From assembly GCA_001825335.1 (NCBI GenBank), contig MHWA01000004.1:35341-99340 (forward strand): DNA of 64,000 nt. The letters are read 5' to 3'. Made by a program: the position numbers and the translations under genes. Under the pieces are notes generated by a model. The model saw only the letters and a program-made list of their open reading frames with translations. It was not told the DNA's origin and did no database searches. The stretch is from Candidatus Zambryskibacteria bacterium RIFCSPLOWO2_01_FULL_35_19. GTDB lineage: Bacteria; Patescibacteriota; Minisyncoccia; Phycocordibacterales; WO2-35-19. Below are positions 34,448 to 45,236 of this stretch, in pieces (position 1 is the first letter of the stretch; each line of letters begins with the position of its first letter).

Positions 34448-35455
34448 TTATCTAACAATTGAACGAGAAGCGTAAACAGAGGATACTTCTCCTATAGCTG
34501 TCAAATCTCCAGTAATCAAAATAGTATTTTTATCAAGAAAAGTGTAAGCCATCTTGGCTTGATTTTTAGAATTAATCAATCCTCTAGTGTCCTTGTTTTT
34601 AATAATAATATCTTTCCAAGCAAAAATTTCTGGCTTTAAAGGTATCGTAGTTTCTGTGGTGCTAGCCGTCTGTTTTAAATCTATTGGAGAATCAACACTT
34701 TGCGTTTTTGGATTCAAAAAAGCCAAATCTTCTATCATATTATTTTCCCATTCAAGCATACCCGAAAAAGCTCTTCCAAAATCGTTCACCGTCAATATAA
34801 TAAAGGGGAAAGTTTTTTCGTTTTGAGAAATAGCGCCAACTAGATATTCATCTTTAAGAGTTCTCTCTAAAATAGACGGCAAAGAAACTCCCAAAAAATC
34901 AAACAAGTCCTCTGGCTTTTTAAACAGTTCTCCATCAGTCCCTGATATTTGAAAAGCACTAACTCCATTTTCCAAATGTAATCCCGAAAGTTCAGACCCA
35001 AAATTTGTTTTGGTAACATTGGCGAGAGTAACCAGATTATTGTAAGGAAGGATATCTTGCTCAAGTGTCACTTCAACTACTGGTGATATTTTTAATGTCT
35101 TGATGATATAAAAAATAACAGTGCCTGCACTAATAATTAAAAACAAACTCAAGATTATTATTGTAAAATTTATTTGAAGACCACTATATTTTGATTTTTC
35201 TTTTGACTTTGGAAACATTACTGGATTTTCTACTTCTTTTTTTTCTTTTATCTGTTCTGTTTGTCTTTTTTCTTTCTCTCTTTCTTCTTTTTCTTTTTCT
35301 TTCACCACAATAGAGACGATTGATTCGTCTTTATTTTTTATAAATTCAGCCATATCTCCTTGATAGGTGCGCAATGAGGGTAGTTTGGTTTTATTGTGCA
35401 AAAGATCAATCACTTTACCAAACTTATTAACTTCTTCCTTTTTTTCAGGATCCAT
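34448..35455 (-). CDS. hypothetical membrane protein (335 aa, single TM, K/E-rich N-terminus)
   Basis: TM INFTIIILSLFLIISAGTVIFYII; no motif. Confidence 0.4.
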   Translation of the reverse strand: MDPEKKEEVNKFGKVIDLLHNKTKLPSLRTYQGDMAEFIKNKDESIVSIVVKEKEKEEREKEKRQTEQIKEKKEVENPVMFPKSKEKSKYSGLQINFTIIILSLFLIISAGTVIFYIIKTLKISPVVEVTLEQDILPYNNLVTLANVTKTNFGSELSGLHLENGVSAFQISGTDGELFKKPEDLFDFLGVSLPSILERTLKDEYLVGAISQNEKTFPFIILTVNDFGRAFSGMLEWENNMIEDLAFLNPKTQSVDSPIDLKQTASTTETTIPLKPEIFAWKDIIIKNKDTRGLINSKNQAKMAYTFLDKNTILITGDLTAIGEVSSVYASRSIVR

Positions 35456-35510
35456 AATTATAATATTAGCACAAATAAAATAGGATTTTTAAATTCCCCA
35501 AATTTTAGCC

Positions 35511-35915
35511 CTAGTGCTTCTCTCTATTTTTTATTTCAATTTCTTCTTTTAATAAATCAAATTTGACTATAAAATTCTCAAAAAAACCTTTCTGACCAAC
35601 CAAACCATAGGGCATTGCTTTTCCAGCCACGCTTGGCATAAAACCAGCGTTTATTTCAAAAGGCCAGCCTCCCACTTCTATAATTATTGGATGTATATAA
35701 AAAACTGAACACTTACCGCCAACTCCAAAAACCTCTCTGGGTTTTCCCTTTCTTACATCAATTCCAAGATAACTTCCAATTTCTTCATCAAAAATACAGA
35801 GATCGGCTCCAGAATCTACAAGAACTTCATAACGAACCGATTTACCTTGATTTTTAAGTATTATCTCTATAACAGGTCTTAATATTGATCCATATTGTTT
35901 ATATTTGAATTTCAT
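35511..35915 (-). CDS. retropepsin-like (clan AA) aspartic protease
   Basis: 134 aa; LVDSGADLCIF (D-S-G-A). Confidence 0.5.
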   Translation of the reverse strand: MKFKYKQYGSILRPVIEIILKNQGKSVRYEVLVDSGADLCIFDEEIGSYLGIDVRKGKPREVFGVGGKCSVFYIHPIIIEVGGWPFEINAGFMPSVAGKAMPYGLVGQKGFFENFIVKFDLLKEEIEIKNREKH

Positions 35916-36100
35916 AGAGAACCAACATATGTGGTTATATTTTCAGGCACTCGCATAACAATAGGATTGTTATTGTTTTTCTTTTTAGCAACAGAAATAG
36001 CCTCTTTTAAAGTTTTACCAAACCCAAGCACAGTAGTCTCGTCATCTGCCAACGCTACCCAAAGTCCTTTATATTTTTTGTATATTTTGGTCCAATCCAT
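35912..36100 (-). CDS. hypothetical small protein (62 aa) whose stop overlaps the protease start
   Basis: ATGA start/stop overlap at 35912-35915. Confidence 0.3.
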   Translation of the reverse strand: MDWTKIYKKYKGLWVALADDETTVLGFGKTLKEAISVAKKKNNNNPIVMRVPENITTYVGSL

Positions 36101-36129
36101 AATAAGAATATATTATCATAAAAAGTTTT

Positions 36130-38226
36130 TTATTTCTTTTGAATGAAATTTGGATCTACATCTTTGATAGAAAGTTTCATCCTTCCTTTATCATCTATCC
36201 CTTTAACGATAACCGGCACTTTCATACCAACTTTCATATAATCTTCTACTCTTTCAATTCGGAAAGAAGCAATTTCAGATACATGAACTAATCCATCATT
36301 TCTAGAATCAAGTTTTACTATTACTCCAAAATCAGCCACCCTAACTACTTCTCCCATAAGCTTATCTCCTGTTTTGTATTCTTTGACAATTTCTTCGATT
36401 AGAATCTTGGCTTTTTCAACTCCAGCCATTTCTCCTGTTATATAAATTATACCATCTTCTTCTATATCAATCTCTACCCCAGTCTTATCTTTGATTTCAT
36501 TTATAACTTTACCGCCTCCACCAATAACCATACCAATCTGATCTGGACGAATCTTGATAGAAATAATCCTAGGAACTCTGACGGACAACTCTTTTCTAGG
36601 GGTTTTTATTTCCGCCTCTATCACATCCAAAATTTGGAGTCTCGCCATTTTGGCTTTTTCAAAAGCTTCTTTCAAAATAGGAAGAGAGATACCAGAAACC
36701 TTGACATCCATTTGCACTGCCGTTACCCCATCTCTTGTGCCAGCCACTTTAAAATCCATATCTCCGTGTTCATCTTCCGGGCCTTGGATATCCGTAAGCA
36801 ATTTATATTTGTCACCAATCATCATAAGTCCCGAAGCAATACCCGCTACCGGTTTTTTGATTGGCACACCTGCGTCCATCAGAGCCAAAGTAGAACCGCA
36901 AACCGAACCCATTGAACTTGAGCCGTTGGAAGCCAAGACTTCAGAAACAATCCGAATAGTGTAAGGAAATTCTTCTTTAGAAGGCAAAATCGGCATCAAA
37001 GCTTTTTCAGCTAAAGCTCCGTGACCTATCATCCTTCTATTGGTGCCACCCACTCGACCAATTTCTCCAACAGAAAAAGGAGGAAAATTGTAATGGTGCA
37101 TAAACCTTTTATCAGCTTGAGTTTCCATACCACCCATTATTTGCGAATCACTAGGAGAACCCAAGGTTATAGCTGAAAAGATATGAGTCCCTCCGCGATA
37201 GAAAATGCCAGTTCCATGAAGCACCGGAGAGATGCCTCCAGCTTTAGCATATAAATTTCTCAACTCATCAAAGTCCCTATTGTCTATACGTTTACCATCT
37301 TCAATGGCAAGTTTGTGAATAAAATCATCAATAGCTTGGTGGAAAAGTTTTTTAGCAATCCGCTGGTCAGCTTCTGGCATATTTTCTTTTAAATATGCAA
37401 ACCATTCATCTTCTAAGAAATATATTTTTTCTTTACCCGGCTCTCCTATCAAATCTTTTATTTTAGTGAGAACTTCTATCTCAAAAGCTTTCTGCAAATC
37501 TGCCGGTATTGCTGTTTTTTTGATTTCTATTTTCTGATGACCAATTTCTTCAATTATTTTTTCTTGAAATTTTTGGATTTTATTAAGCTCTTCTTTAGCT
37601 TTTTCTAATGCTTGTATCAACACTTCTTCAGAAGTCTCGTTTGACCCAACCTCTATCATATTTATTTCTTCGTCCCGACCACAAGCTATCAAATCAAGTT
37701 CATAATCTGCGTTATCTCTTATTTCATAAGAAGGATTAACCAAAAATTCTTCTTTATTTTTTAATTTACCGACTCTTACCGCTCCAACCGGCCCATCCCA
37801 AGGAATAGAGGAAGTAGCCAAAGCAAGAGAAGTAGCTATCACTCCCAAAACATCAGGGTCATAGTTGCCCAATGAGAGGACAGTCACTATCACTTGGATT
37901 TCGTTTCTTAAATCATTATCAAAAAGTGGCCTAATAGTCCGGTCTATGATTCTTCCAGAAAGTATCGCCTCATCACTTGGTCTACCCTCTCTTCTCACAA
38001 ACCTTGAGCCCAAAATCTGTCCCGAAGCATAAAATCTTTCTTCGTATTCAACAGAAAGAGGAAAATACTCTATATCTTTTTCTCCTTTAGATATAACAGC
38101 TGTGGCCAAAACTGTTGTCTCTCCCAAACTCAAAAGGACCGAACCATGAGCATTTTCTGCTAAATCAGTAAATTCAGCAGTCAATTTCTCCCCCCCAATT
38201 TCCATCTCGTATTTTTTTGATTTCAT
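36130..38226 (-). CDS. pnp: polyribonucleotide nucleotidyltransferase (PNPase)
   Basis: 698 aa; two RNase PH domains, then KH and S1 domains at the C-terminus. Confidence 0.9.
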   Translation of the reverse strand: MKSKKYEMEIGGEKLTAEFTDLAENAHGSVLLSLGETTVLATAVISKGEKDIEYFPLSVEYEERFYASGQILGSRFVRREGRPSDEAILSGRIIDRTIRPLFDNDLRNEIQVIVTVLSLGNYDPDVLGVIATSLALATSSIPWDGPVGAVRVGKLKNKEEFLVNPSYEIRDNADYELDLIACGRDEEINMIEVGSNETSEEVLIQALEKAKEELNKIQKFQEKIIEEIGHQKIEIKKTAIPADLQKAFEIEVLTKIKDLIGEPGKEKIYFLEDEWFAYLKENMPEADQRIAKKLFHQAIDDFIHKLAIEDGKRIDNRDFDELRNLYAKAGGISPVLHGTGIFYRGGTHIFSAITLGSPSDSQIMGGMETQADKRFMHHYNFPPFSVGEIGRVGGTNRRMIGHGALAEKALMPILPSKEEFPYTIRIVSEVLASNGSSSMGSVCGSTLALMDAGVPIKKPVAGIASGLMMIGDKYKLLTDIQGPEDEHGDMDFKVAGTRDGVTAVQMDVKVSGISLPILKEAFEKAKMARLQILDVIEAEIKTPRKELSVRVPRIISIKIRPDQIGMVIGGGGKVINEIKDKTGVEIDIEEDGIIYITGEMAGVEKAKILIEEIVKEYKTGDKLMGEVVRVADFGVIVKLDSRNDGLVHVSEIASFRIERVEDYMKVGMKVPVIVKGIDDKGRMKLSIKDVDPNFIQKK

Positions 38227-38422
38227 CTATTTATAGCGAGATCATTCTTGAATGTTTTTACTCCCAAATTTTGGGCCCAAAAATATTCAAAAATAAAAGT
38301 CCCGCATTATTTTTAATATTTTCAATATATCACAAGTATTACATTAAATAAAACTCCCTCAAAATAAAAGTTGTTACGTCAAACACAACGGTTTTCAGCT
38401 AAATTTTTTATTTTTTTATAAT

Positions 38423-40018
38423 TTATTGACGGGTCACACCAAAATTACTTTTAGGAATCTCGTATTTTTTGATTATTTCAGCGTTTTGAGTGTTACGTTT
38501 CAAAAAAATTATATTATACTCATCGGCAAAGACTGGTGCCCAAGCAAAGTCAGACACTTCTTGGATAAGGAAATTCTGACCCCAAGGAGTAAGGTCCAGA
38601 TGAGAGAAAAATATGCTGTTAAAATTGTATTTTTGGTCAAGCTTTAGCCATTCTTCTCTTTTTTCTTGAGCCGGCACATAAATTTTTTGGAAAAAATCAA
38701 CACTATATGCCTCCGGCCTATTATCTACAAAAACTTTTTCTTCGGGAAACAGGTGAAAGATAAGATAACCACCAATGTCATAATTATTAAATATCGGCCC
38801 TTTTATGTTTTGATATTTATAAAATTCCACTGCCGCATTTACTTTAGGCATTAGACCGATGCCAAAGGAGCTTTCTTTTTCTTTTATTCGGGAAAAAGAA
38901 GTGAGAGAAAACCAAACCAGAGTGATAACTAAAAAAGTAATGGATAGATTTTTGCCGATATTGTTTTCATTTTTAGAAAAAAAGAAGCCGATGTTGTATG
39001 CGACAATGGGCAAAAAAAGCAAAGAGAAAATCGGGAAATCGCGCACAGCAAAATACGACCAAACGGAAGTGGCCACAAAAATGATAAGATTTTGGATGGG
39101 AAATTTTCTTAAATCTTTTTTGACAAACAAAGGCAGGGCAAAGCTTAAAAGAGCAAGCGTGTATAAAAATTTTATAAGCCCAAAATGCAAACCGTTAGTG
39201 ATGTTTAAATTTTCCAAAAAACTGATTGACTGATTTTCCAATACTAAATAGCCATAATTTTCAAATATCCTAAAAGGATAGAAAAGTCCCTTTATAAAAA
39301 ACGGGTTTATGAGAGATAGTATGGCCGAGAACAAAGAAATGAGAGTGAGCCATTTGATTCTTTTTATCTTTTTAGTCTTGCAAAAATTTACAAACTCCGA
39401 TATCCAAAAAGAACCAAGCAAAAGAAAACCGAATATGAATCCGACATGCAAGTTTATCCAAAGGAGCATTAAAATCGGTAAAAGGAAAAGATATTTTTTA
39501 TCTCTCAATTTACTTTCTTCTGTAATTTCTTCTTTTGTCCATTTCCAAAGAATATAAAAGAAGCTTGCCAAAAAAAGATATGTAAATACTTCCGGTCTTA
39601 TTTCCGCTCTTTGGGTAATAATGGGCAAAACAAGTATGGACAAAATAGAAGCAACCTCAAGCCCAGCTTCATTTTTTGCAATCCTAAACAAAATATAGAA
39701 AGAGAGACAGCTCAAAAAAATATAAAAAAAAGAGAGACCTTTAAAACCGCCTAAAATAAAGATGAAATAAAATACTACCCCCGAAAGCCAGTGATGATTT
39801 ACAAACGGAAAATTATTTTCTGTAAAAGAATAAAAATTGGTGTTCAAAACCTCCATTTTTTCAGACCAAGAAGTATCAACCATTATTTCTCCATTTTTTA
39901 TATGCCGACCAATGTCAGCTCTAGACAAATTCACCTTCTGCACCAAAAGCAGAGCGCACCATAGCACCAAAATACCTGTCACCACCACTCCAAAAGTTTT
40001 ATAGCTTTTACTTTCCAA
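38423..40018 (-). CDS. polytopic membrane protein, possibly ArnT/PMT-like glycosyltransferase
   Basis: 531 aa, more than 10 TM helices; assignment by architecture only. Confidence 0.35.
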   Translation of the reverse strand: MESKSYKTFGVVVTGILVLWCALLLVQKVNLSRADIGRHIKNGEIMVDTSWSEKMEVLNTNFYSFTENNFPFVNHHWLSGVVFYFIFILGGFKGLSFFYIFLSCLSFYILFRIAKNEAGLEVASILSILVLPIITQRAEIRPEVFTYLFLASFFYILWKWTKEEITEESKLRDKKYLFLLPILMLLWINLHVGFIFGFLLLGSFWISEFVNFCKTKKIKRIKWLTLISLFSAILSLINPFFIKGLFYPFRIFENYGYLVLENQSISFLENLNITNGLHFGLIKFLYTLALLSFALPLFVKKDLRKFPIQNLIIFVATSVWSYFAVRDFPIFSLLFLPIVAYNIGFFFSKNENNIGKNLSITFLVITLVWFSLTSFSRIKEKESSFGIGLMPKVNAAVEFYKYQNIKGPIFNNYDIGGYLIFHLFPEEKVFVDNRPEAYSVDFFQKIYVPAQEKREEWLKLDQKYNFNSIFFSHLDLTPWGQNFLIQEVSDFAWAPVFADEYNIIFLKRNTQNAEIIKKYEIPKSNFGVTRQ

Positions 40019-40104
40019 GTTATAAAAAATTGTAACATAAGTGATTCAATAATGAATTACTTAATTTCCTTTTTAAGGTAAAAAGGGTTAGAAGATTAGA
40101 AAAA

Positions 40105-42258
40105 TTATTTTCGTGCTTCAACAATAGCCAAAGCAACATTGGCAGGCACAATAGCATAATGATCAAATTCTATGTTGGCAGAACCACGGCCTTCGGTCAT
40201 TGAACGGAGGGTAGTAACATAACCAAAAAGTTCTGATAGAGGCACTTTGGCTCGCACCACTTTTAATCCTGCCCTATCGTCCATACCTTCAATCAGACCG
40301 CGTTTAGAAGAAAGATTGCCAGTGATATCACCCATAAACTGCTCCGGCACCACCACTTCCAATTTCATAATTGGCTCAAGGATAACGGGTCTAGCTTTTT
40401 TAGCGGCTTCTTGAAAAGCTTGAGAAGCGGCTATTTTATAAGCGATTTCAGATGAATCAACATCATGATAAGAGCCAAAAGTAAGTTCACAAGAAATATC
40501 GGTCAATCTATAACCAGCCACAATACCTCTCTCCATCGCCTCTTTCACTCCTTTTTCAACTGCAGGGATAAATTCAGAAGGAATAACACCACCTTTGATA
40601 GAATCAATAAATTCAAACCCTTCACTACGATGAACATTTTTTTGTTTCTTTTTACTTTCATCTTCTGGCTCTAATGGTTTGATATTTAGTTTGACATGAC
40701 CATATTGACCCTTACCTCCAGTTTGTTTTATATATTTTGTTTCAGCTTCAGCTGTGCCGGTAATAGTCTCTTTATAAGAAACTTGCGGAGCTCCTACATT
40801 GGCCTCAACATTAAACTCTCTTTTCATTCGGTCAACAATAATATCTAGATGCAATTCACCCATACCAGAAATCACGGTTTCTCCAGTATCAATATCAGAT
40901 TTGATTCTAAAAGTCGGGTCTTCATCTGAAAGTCTTTTCAAAGCCATACCCATTTTTTCTTGGTCAGCTTTTGTTTTTGGTTCTATACGAAGAGAAATAA
41001 CTGGTTCAGGAAAAACAATTTCTTCTAAGATTATAGGATTGTTTTCATCACAAAAAGTATGGGAAGTTTTTGCATTTTTAAGTCCCACCGCTGCAGCAAT
41101 TTCTCCTGTAAAGACTTTTTTGACTTCTTCTCTTTGGTCGGCTTGCAAACGGACGATACGTCCAAGTCTTTCTTTTTCTCCAGTAGTAGCATTATAAATG
41201 TAAGAGCCAGATTCAATAGTCCCAGAATAAACTCTAAAAAATGTAAGTTGTCCCACAAATGGATCTACTTGAAGTTTAAAAGCAAGAGCCGCAAAAGGTT
41301 CATCGTCACTAGGATGGCGCTCTATTTCTTCTTCAGTTTTTGGGTCAATCCCCTTGATGGCTGGCATATCCAAAGGAGAGGGCAAAAAATCAACTACCGC
41401 ATCTAAAATTAACTGCACTCCTTTGTTTTTCAAAGCAGAACCGCAGAAAACCGGGAAAATTTTGTTAGCTATGACCGCCTCACGAAGGATTTTGATTAAA
41501 TCTTCTGGAGCAATTTCTTCTCCAGCAAGATATTTATTCATCATTTCCTCATCATTTTCTACAATTTTTTCTATCAGTTCACCTCTATATTTTTCCGCCT
41601 CTGCCTTTAAATGCTCTGGAATGTCTATTTCAATAACATCACTACCGAGTTGGCCTTCATATTTATATGCTTTCATTTTAAGCAAATCAATTTGTCCTTC
41701 GTGTTTATCTTCTTCCCCTATTGGAATTTGCATCCTAACAGCTTTTTTAGAAAGTCTATCTAAAATTGATTTAAATGATTTTTCAAAATTGGCTCCGGTT
41801 CTGTCTAATTTATTTATAAAACAAAGACGAGGCACAAGAGCTTCTTCGGCATATCGCCAATTAGTCTCTGATTGAGGTTCTACTCCAGCCACCCCATCAA
41901 ATACACAGACAGCCCCATCAAGAACGCGCATAGACCTTTTTACTTCCACTGTAAAATCAATGTGCCCCGGAGTATCTATAATATTGAAACGATATTTTTT
42001 ATCTTTATTTTTCTTATCTTCATTTGAAAAATATGTTGGAGCCCAAAAACAAGTAACCGCAGCCGCGGTGATGGTAATACCTCTCTCTCTTTCTTGTTCC
42101 ATCCAGTCAGTAGTGGTCTCTCCCTCGTGCACTTCACCTATTTTGTGCTGACTACCAGTGTAAAACAAAATACGCTCGGAGACAGTAGTCTTGCCGGCAT
42201 CAATGTGGGCTATGATTCCAAAGTTTCTTACTTTATCTAATGGATAGTCTCTTTGCAT
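40105..42258 (-). CDS. fusA: elongation factor G
   Basis: 717 aa; NFGIIAHIDAGKTT, DTPGHIDF, and the EF-G domain IV/V pattern. Confidence 0.9.
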   Translation of the reverse strand: MQRDYPLDKVRNFGIIAHIDAGKTTVSERILFYTGSQHKIGEVHEGETTTDWMEQERERGITITAAAVTCFWAPTYFSNEDKKNKDKKYRFNIIDTPGHIDFTVEVKRSMRVLDGAVCVFDGVAGVEPQSETNWRYAEEALVPRLCFINKLDRTGANFEKSFKSILDRLSKKAVRMQIPIGEEDKHEGQIDLLKMKAYKYEGQLGSDVIEIDIPEHLKAEAEKYRGELIEKIVENDEEMMNKYLAGEEIAPEDLIKILREAVIANKIFPVFCGSALKNKGVQLILDAVVDFLPSPLDMPAIKGIDPKTEEEIERHPSDDEPFAALAFKLQVDPFVGQLTFFRVYSGTIESGSYIYNATTGEKERLGRIVRLQADQREEVKKVFTGEIAAAVGLKNAKTSHTFCDENNPIILEEIVFPEPVISLRIEPKTKADQEKMGMALKRLSDEDPTFRIKSDIDTGETVISGMGELHLDIIVDRMKREFNVEANVGAPQVSYKETITGTAEAETKYIKQTGGKGQYGHVKLNIKPLEPEDESKKKQKNVHRSEGFEFIDSIKGGVIPSEFIPAVEKGVKEAMERGIVAGYRLTDISCELTFGSYHDVDSSEIAYKIAASQAFQEAAKKARPVILEPIMKLEVVVPEQFMGDITGNLSSKRGLIEGMDDRAGLKVVRAKVPLSELFGYVTTLRSMTEGRGSANIEFDHYAIVPANVALAIVEARK

Positions 42259-42342
42259 AAAAAAAATTAATCAAATAAAAATTCCGTCAGGAACAGTAAA
42301 AATATACACTAGAAGCTATAAAATTGCAAAACTAAATAAAGC

Positions 42343-42373
42343 TTGACAAAAAATGAGGAATAAGTAGTATAAA
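42343..42373 (+). promoter_or_regulatory. sigma70-like promoter (TTGACA, then 17-19 nt, then TAGTAT/TATAAA) for the candidate sRNA
   Basis: GCTTGACAAAAAATGAGGAATAAGTAGTATAAAAATG. Confidence 0.35.
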
Positions 42374-42379
42374 AATGTT

Positions 42380-42562
42380 CCTTGAGGGAAATTGGTAGGA
42401 TGTGTCTTCCGGGATAACGACACGCAAAATCATGAGCTAAGAGTTTCCCCTATAAGGGAGAAGAAAATCCTGACTCATCTCATGACAAGACCGAGACCTC
42501 GTCGATAGGAACACCCGCCGTAGTCTACTCCAAACGAGGGGCTACGGCGGTTTATTTTTTTT
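42380..42562 (+). ncRNA. candidate ~180-nt sRNA with its own promoter and intrinsic terminator, antisense to flanking genes
   Basis: No ORF longer than 8 codons; internal hairpins (TCCCCTATAAGGGAGA; CATGAG...CTCATG); terminator CCGCCGTAG (18-nt loop) CTACGGCGG + TTTATTTTTTTT at 42515-42562. Confidence 0.4.
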
Positions 42563-42617
42563 CGATCTCTCAAATACACAAAATATATACGATCATGAAT
42601 ATATTGTGTATCTAATA

Positions 42618-43181
42618 TTATTTTTTATTAAGCCCAAAATATTTTTTAACTTCTTCATCATTTTCGAGTGCCTCTACAATCATATATAAAAGGTTTCCCT
42701 CTACTTCAGTTTCAGCTTTTAAAAGAGCTATTATTTTTTCACAATCATAGGGATAAACCCAGACACTATCTTGTAATCTCATAAATCCAATCGAAATAAG
42801 GGCTCGTCGGATATTATCCCTATCAAATCTTCTATTCTCTGGTATATCAAATATCAAAGCCCGCCATTTACCATCCCATTTTTTATTTTTGTTTAATTCT
42901 TTATTGTCCCCCAAAGATAAGCACTTAAACAAATATCTTTTTCCTTCTTGTGTTATTTTTAATTGATCATTTTTATTCTCAAGTAATCCTTTCTTAATTA
43001 AATTGTCTCTAGACCTTTTGATTGACTCGATTTGTCTAGGATGTGTAATAAAACCCATTCTCTTCATCGTTTGTAAAACGTTTGGAGCAAAGGTAGCAAC
43101 TCCAATAAGGCCTGCTAATTTGACAGATTCCAAAATAATTTTCTGAATATTTGCTTTTTTAACTTTTCTCTCCAGACTCAT
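42618..43181 (-). CDS. PaaX-family-like regulator (C-terminal-domain-like), inserted between rpsG and fusA
   Basis: 187 aa; WDGKWRALIFDIPENRRFDRDNIRRALISIGFMRLQDSVWVYPYD. Confidence 0.4.
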   Translation of the reverse strand: MSLERKVKKANIQKIILESVKLAGLIGVATFAPNVLQTMKRMGFITHPRQIESIKRSRDNLIKKGLLENKNDQLKITQEGKRYLFKCLSLGDNKELNKNKKWDGKWRALIFDIPENRRFDRDNIRRALISIGFMRLQDSVWVYPYDCEKIIALLKAETEVEGNLLYMIVEALENDEEVKKYFGLNKK

Positions 43182-43297
43182 TGTCTATATTATAATACAC
43201 ACATTACTCACGGTCGTATATAATCTGTGTATTACTCAGAAATAAAAAACTACTTTTAAAGTAGGTTTTTATTTAAATTTTGGTATCTTATGTAAAA

Positions 43298-43768
43298 CTA
43301 CCAAGCAAAGTGAGCAAAGGCTTTGTTGGCTTCGGCCATCTTGTGGACGTTTTCACGTTTTTTGACAGCATCACCTTCATTTTTGGAAGCGAGAATAATT
43401 TCCTCTGAAAGTTTTTCAGCCATTGGTTTACCTTTTTTAGCTTTAGCTGAACCAATAATCCACTTCATAGAAAGATAAATCCTTCTATCTGGCCTAACTT
43501 CTACTGGCACCTGATAGTTGGCACCACCAACTCTACGAGAACGAACCTCCATAGTTGGGCCGGTGTTTTTAAGAGCTGTATCAAATATTTCCATTGGACT
43601 CTCTACTTTGGCTTTTTCTTTTATCAAATCAAAAGCAGTATAAACTATTTTTCTAGCCGTATTTTTTTTGCCTTCATTCATCACATAATTAATAAACTTC
43701 TCTACTTTTTGAGAATTAAAGATTATGTCTGGTTTAGGTATATTTCTATTTTTAACACTGCCTCTCAT
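43298..43768 (-). CDS. rpsG: 30S ribosomal protein S7
   Basis: 156 aa; typical S7. Confidence 0.9.
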   Translation of the reverse strand: MRGSVKNRNIPKPDIIFNSQKVEKFINYVMNEGKKNTARKIVYTAFDLIKEKAKVESPMEIFDTALKNTGPTMEVRSRRVGGANYQVPVEVRPDRRIYLSMKWIIGSAKAKKGKPMAEKLSEEIILASKNEGDAVKKRENVHKMAEANKAFAHFAW

Positions 43769-43776
43769 AATATATT

Positions 43777-44193
43777 TTATTTATTATTTTTAGGTTTTTT
43801 AACACCATAACTTGATCTAGAAGACATTCTTTTTTCTACTCCGCTAGCATCAAGTCTTCCTCTGACTATGGTATAACGTACCCCAATATCTTTTACTCTA
43901 CCACCACGAATCATAACTACAGAGTGCTCTTGCAAATTGTGTCCCATACCTGGGATATAAGCTGTCTCTTCTTTACCGTTGGTTAGACGAACTCTAGCAA
44001 TCTTTCTAATAGCAGAGTTTGGTTTTCTTGGGGTTTTAGTTGTCACTTTGACACAAACACCTCGCTTAAAAGGAGATGGGTAATAAACTGGCTTGTTTTT
44101 AATAGTATTAAAACCACGTGCCAAAGCCACCGTCTTGGATTTTCGGTGAACCACTTTCCTTTTTTTCTTTATTAACTGATTGATAGTGGACAT
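43777..44193 (-). CDS. rpsL: 30S ribosomal protein S12
   Basis: 138 aa; PKKPNSALRK motif. Confidence 0.9.
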   Translation of the reverse strand: MSTINQLIKKKRKVVHRKSKTVALARGFNTIKNKPVYYPSPFKRGVCVKVTTKTPRKPNSAIRKIARVRLTNGKEETAYIPGMGHNLQEHSVVMIRGGRVKDIGVRYTIVRGRLDASGVEKRMSSRSSYGVKKPKNNK

Positions 44194-44247
44194 TTTCGTA
44201 ATTAAAAACCGCTAAAGCGGACGTATACTAATCTAATATAAAACAGA

Positions 44248-44859
44248 TTAAAAAGCAATGCCTGTAAGAAGAGTAAATATGAAGCCGATAATATGACTCA
44301 TAATCTGCCAAATAAATAAGATAAAGATAAAAACTAAAATAAGTCCGAATCTCTCAAAAGACTGACGCAGAGTTTGCCATTTATAAGGTAAAAAGGCAAA
44401 AAGTATTTTAGAGCCATCAAGAGGTGGTATAGGGATAAGATTAAATATAGCTAAAATAATATTAATAAGCACTACAGAACTAGCAAGATTCAAAAAAGAT
44501 TGACTGATATTTATATATTCAGGCAAAAATCTTATAGTCAAACCAAATAAAATAGCTAAAGCAATATTTGAAATGGGTCCAGCTACCGCAACCAAAGCTT
44601 CTCCCCATCTTTGATTACGCAGATTGTAAGGATTAAAAGGAACCGGTTTAGCCCAACCAACAATAAAACCTCCTGCAAAATAACCAATCAAAGGCACAAA
44701 AAAAGAACCAATCGGATCAAGGTGAGATATCGGATTTAGAGTCAACCTTCCTTGATATTTAGCAGTAGGGTCTCCTAGAGCCAAAGCAGCATACCCGTGA
44801 GAAACCTCGTGTATCACGACCGACATTATTAAAATGATAATTATAAATATAAAATCCAT
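44248..44859 (-). CDS. M50-family (site-2 protease-like) membrane zinc metalloprotease
   Basis: 203 aa; HEVSHGYAA (HExxH) inside a TM; polytopic. Confidence 0.7.
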   Translation of the reverse strand: MDFIFIIIILIMSVVIHEVSHGYAALALGDPTAKYQGRLTLNPISHLDPIGSFFVPLIGYFAGGFIVGWAKPVPFNPYNLRNQRWGEALVAVAGPISNIALAILFGLTIRFLPEYINISQSFLNLASSVVLINIILAIFNLIPIPPLDGSKILFAFLPYKWQTLRQSFERFGLILVFIFILFIWQIMSHIIGFIFTLLTGIAF

Positions 44860-44937
44860 TTCACTATTTTAACATATTTATGATGGATACATAAGACTAT
44901 TTGCTTAATAATTTTAATATGATAACATTTAAAACCT

Positions 44938-45180
44938 ATGGCAAAAGAATGCGCAATAACAGGAAAATCATCACAAATGGGCGGTTCCTATTCAAACAGG
45001 ACTCGTGCTACTCAATTCAACCCTTGTGGCAATACAAGGAAATTTGCCAATTTACAGAAAAAGAAGATTTTTGTGCCAGAATTAGACAAAACTTTCACCC
45101 TTACTCTTTCCACTAAAGCTATCAAAACCATCCAAAAAAACGGCGCCTACGCCACTTTAAAAAAAGCCGGTTTGATTTAA
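44938..45180 (+). CDS. rpmB: 50S ribosomal protein L28
   Basis: 80 aa; MAKECAITGKSSQMGGSYSNRTRATQFNPCGNTRKFANLQKKK. Chosen over the overlapping ORF 44901..45116. Confidence 0.8.
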   Translation: MAKECAITGKSSQMGGSYSNRTRATQFNPCGNTRKFANLQKKKIFVPELDKTFTLTLSTKAIKTIQKNGAYATLKKAGLI

Positions 45181-45236
45181 AAAACCTAAAATAGTTCTTG
45201 AGTGAGATTCCGAAACAATCTATTTTAGGTTTTTTA
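45181..45236 (+). terminator. intrinsic terminator after rpmB
   Basis: AAAACCTAAAATAG (26-nt loop) CTATTTTAGGTTTT + TTATT. It shares CCTAAAATAGTTCTTGAG with the terminator after the HIT gene at about 51721. Confidence 0.5.

Noticed and set aside
44901-45116. ORF 44901..45116 (+)
   Set aside because: It is an alternative frame overlapping the L28 gene; the 44938..45180 frame gives the recognisable L28 sequence.
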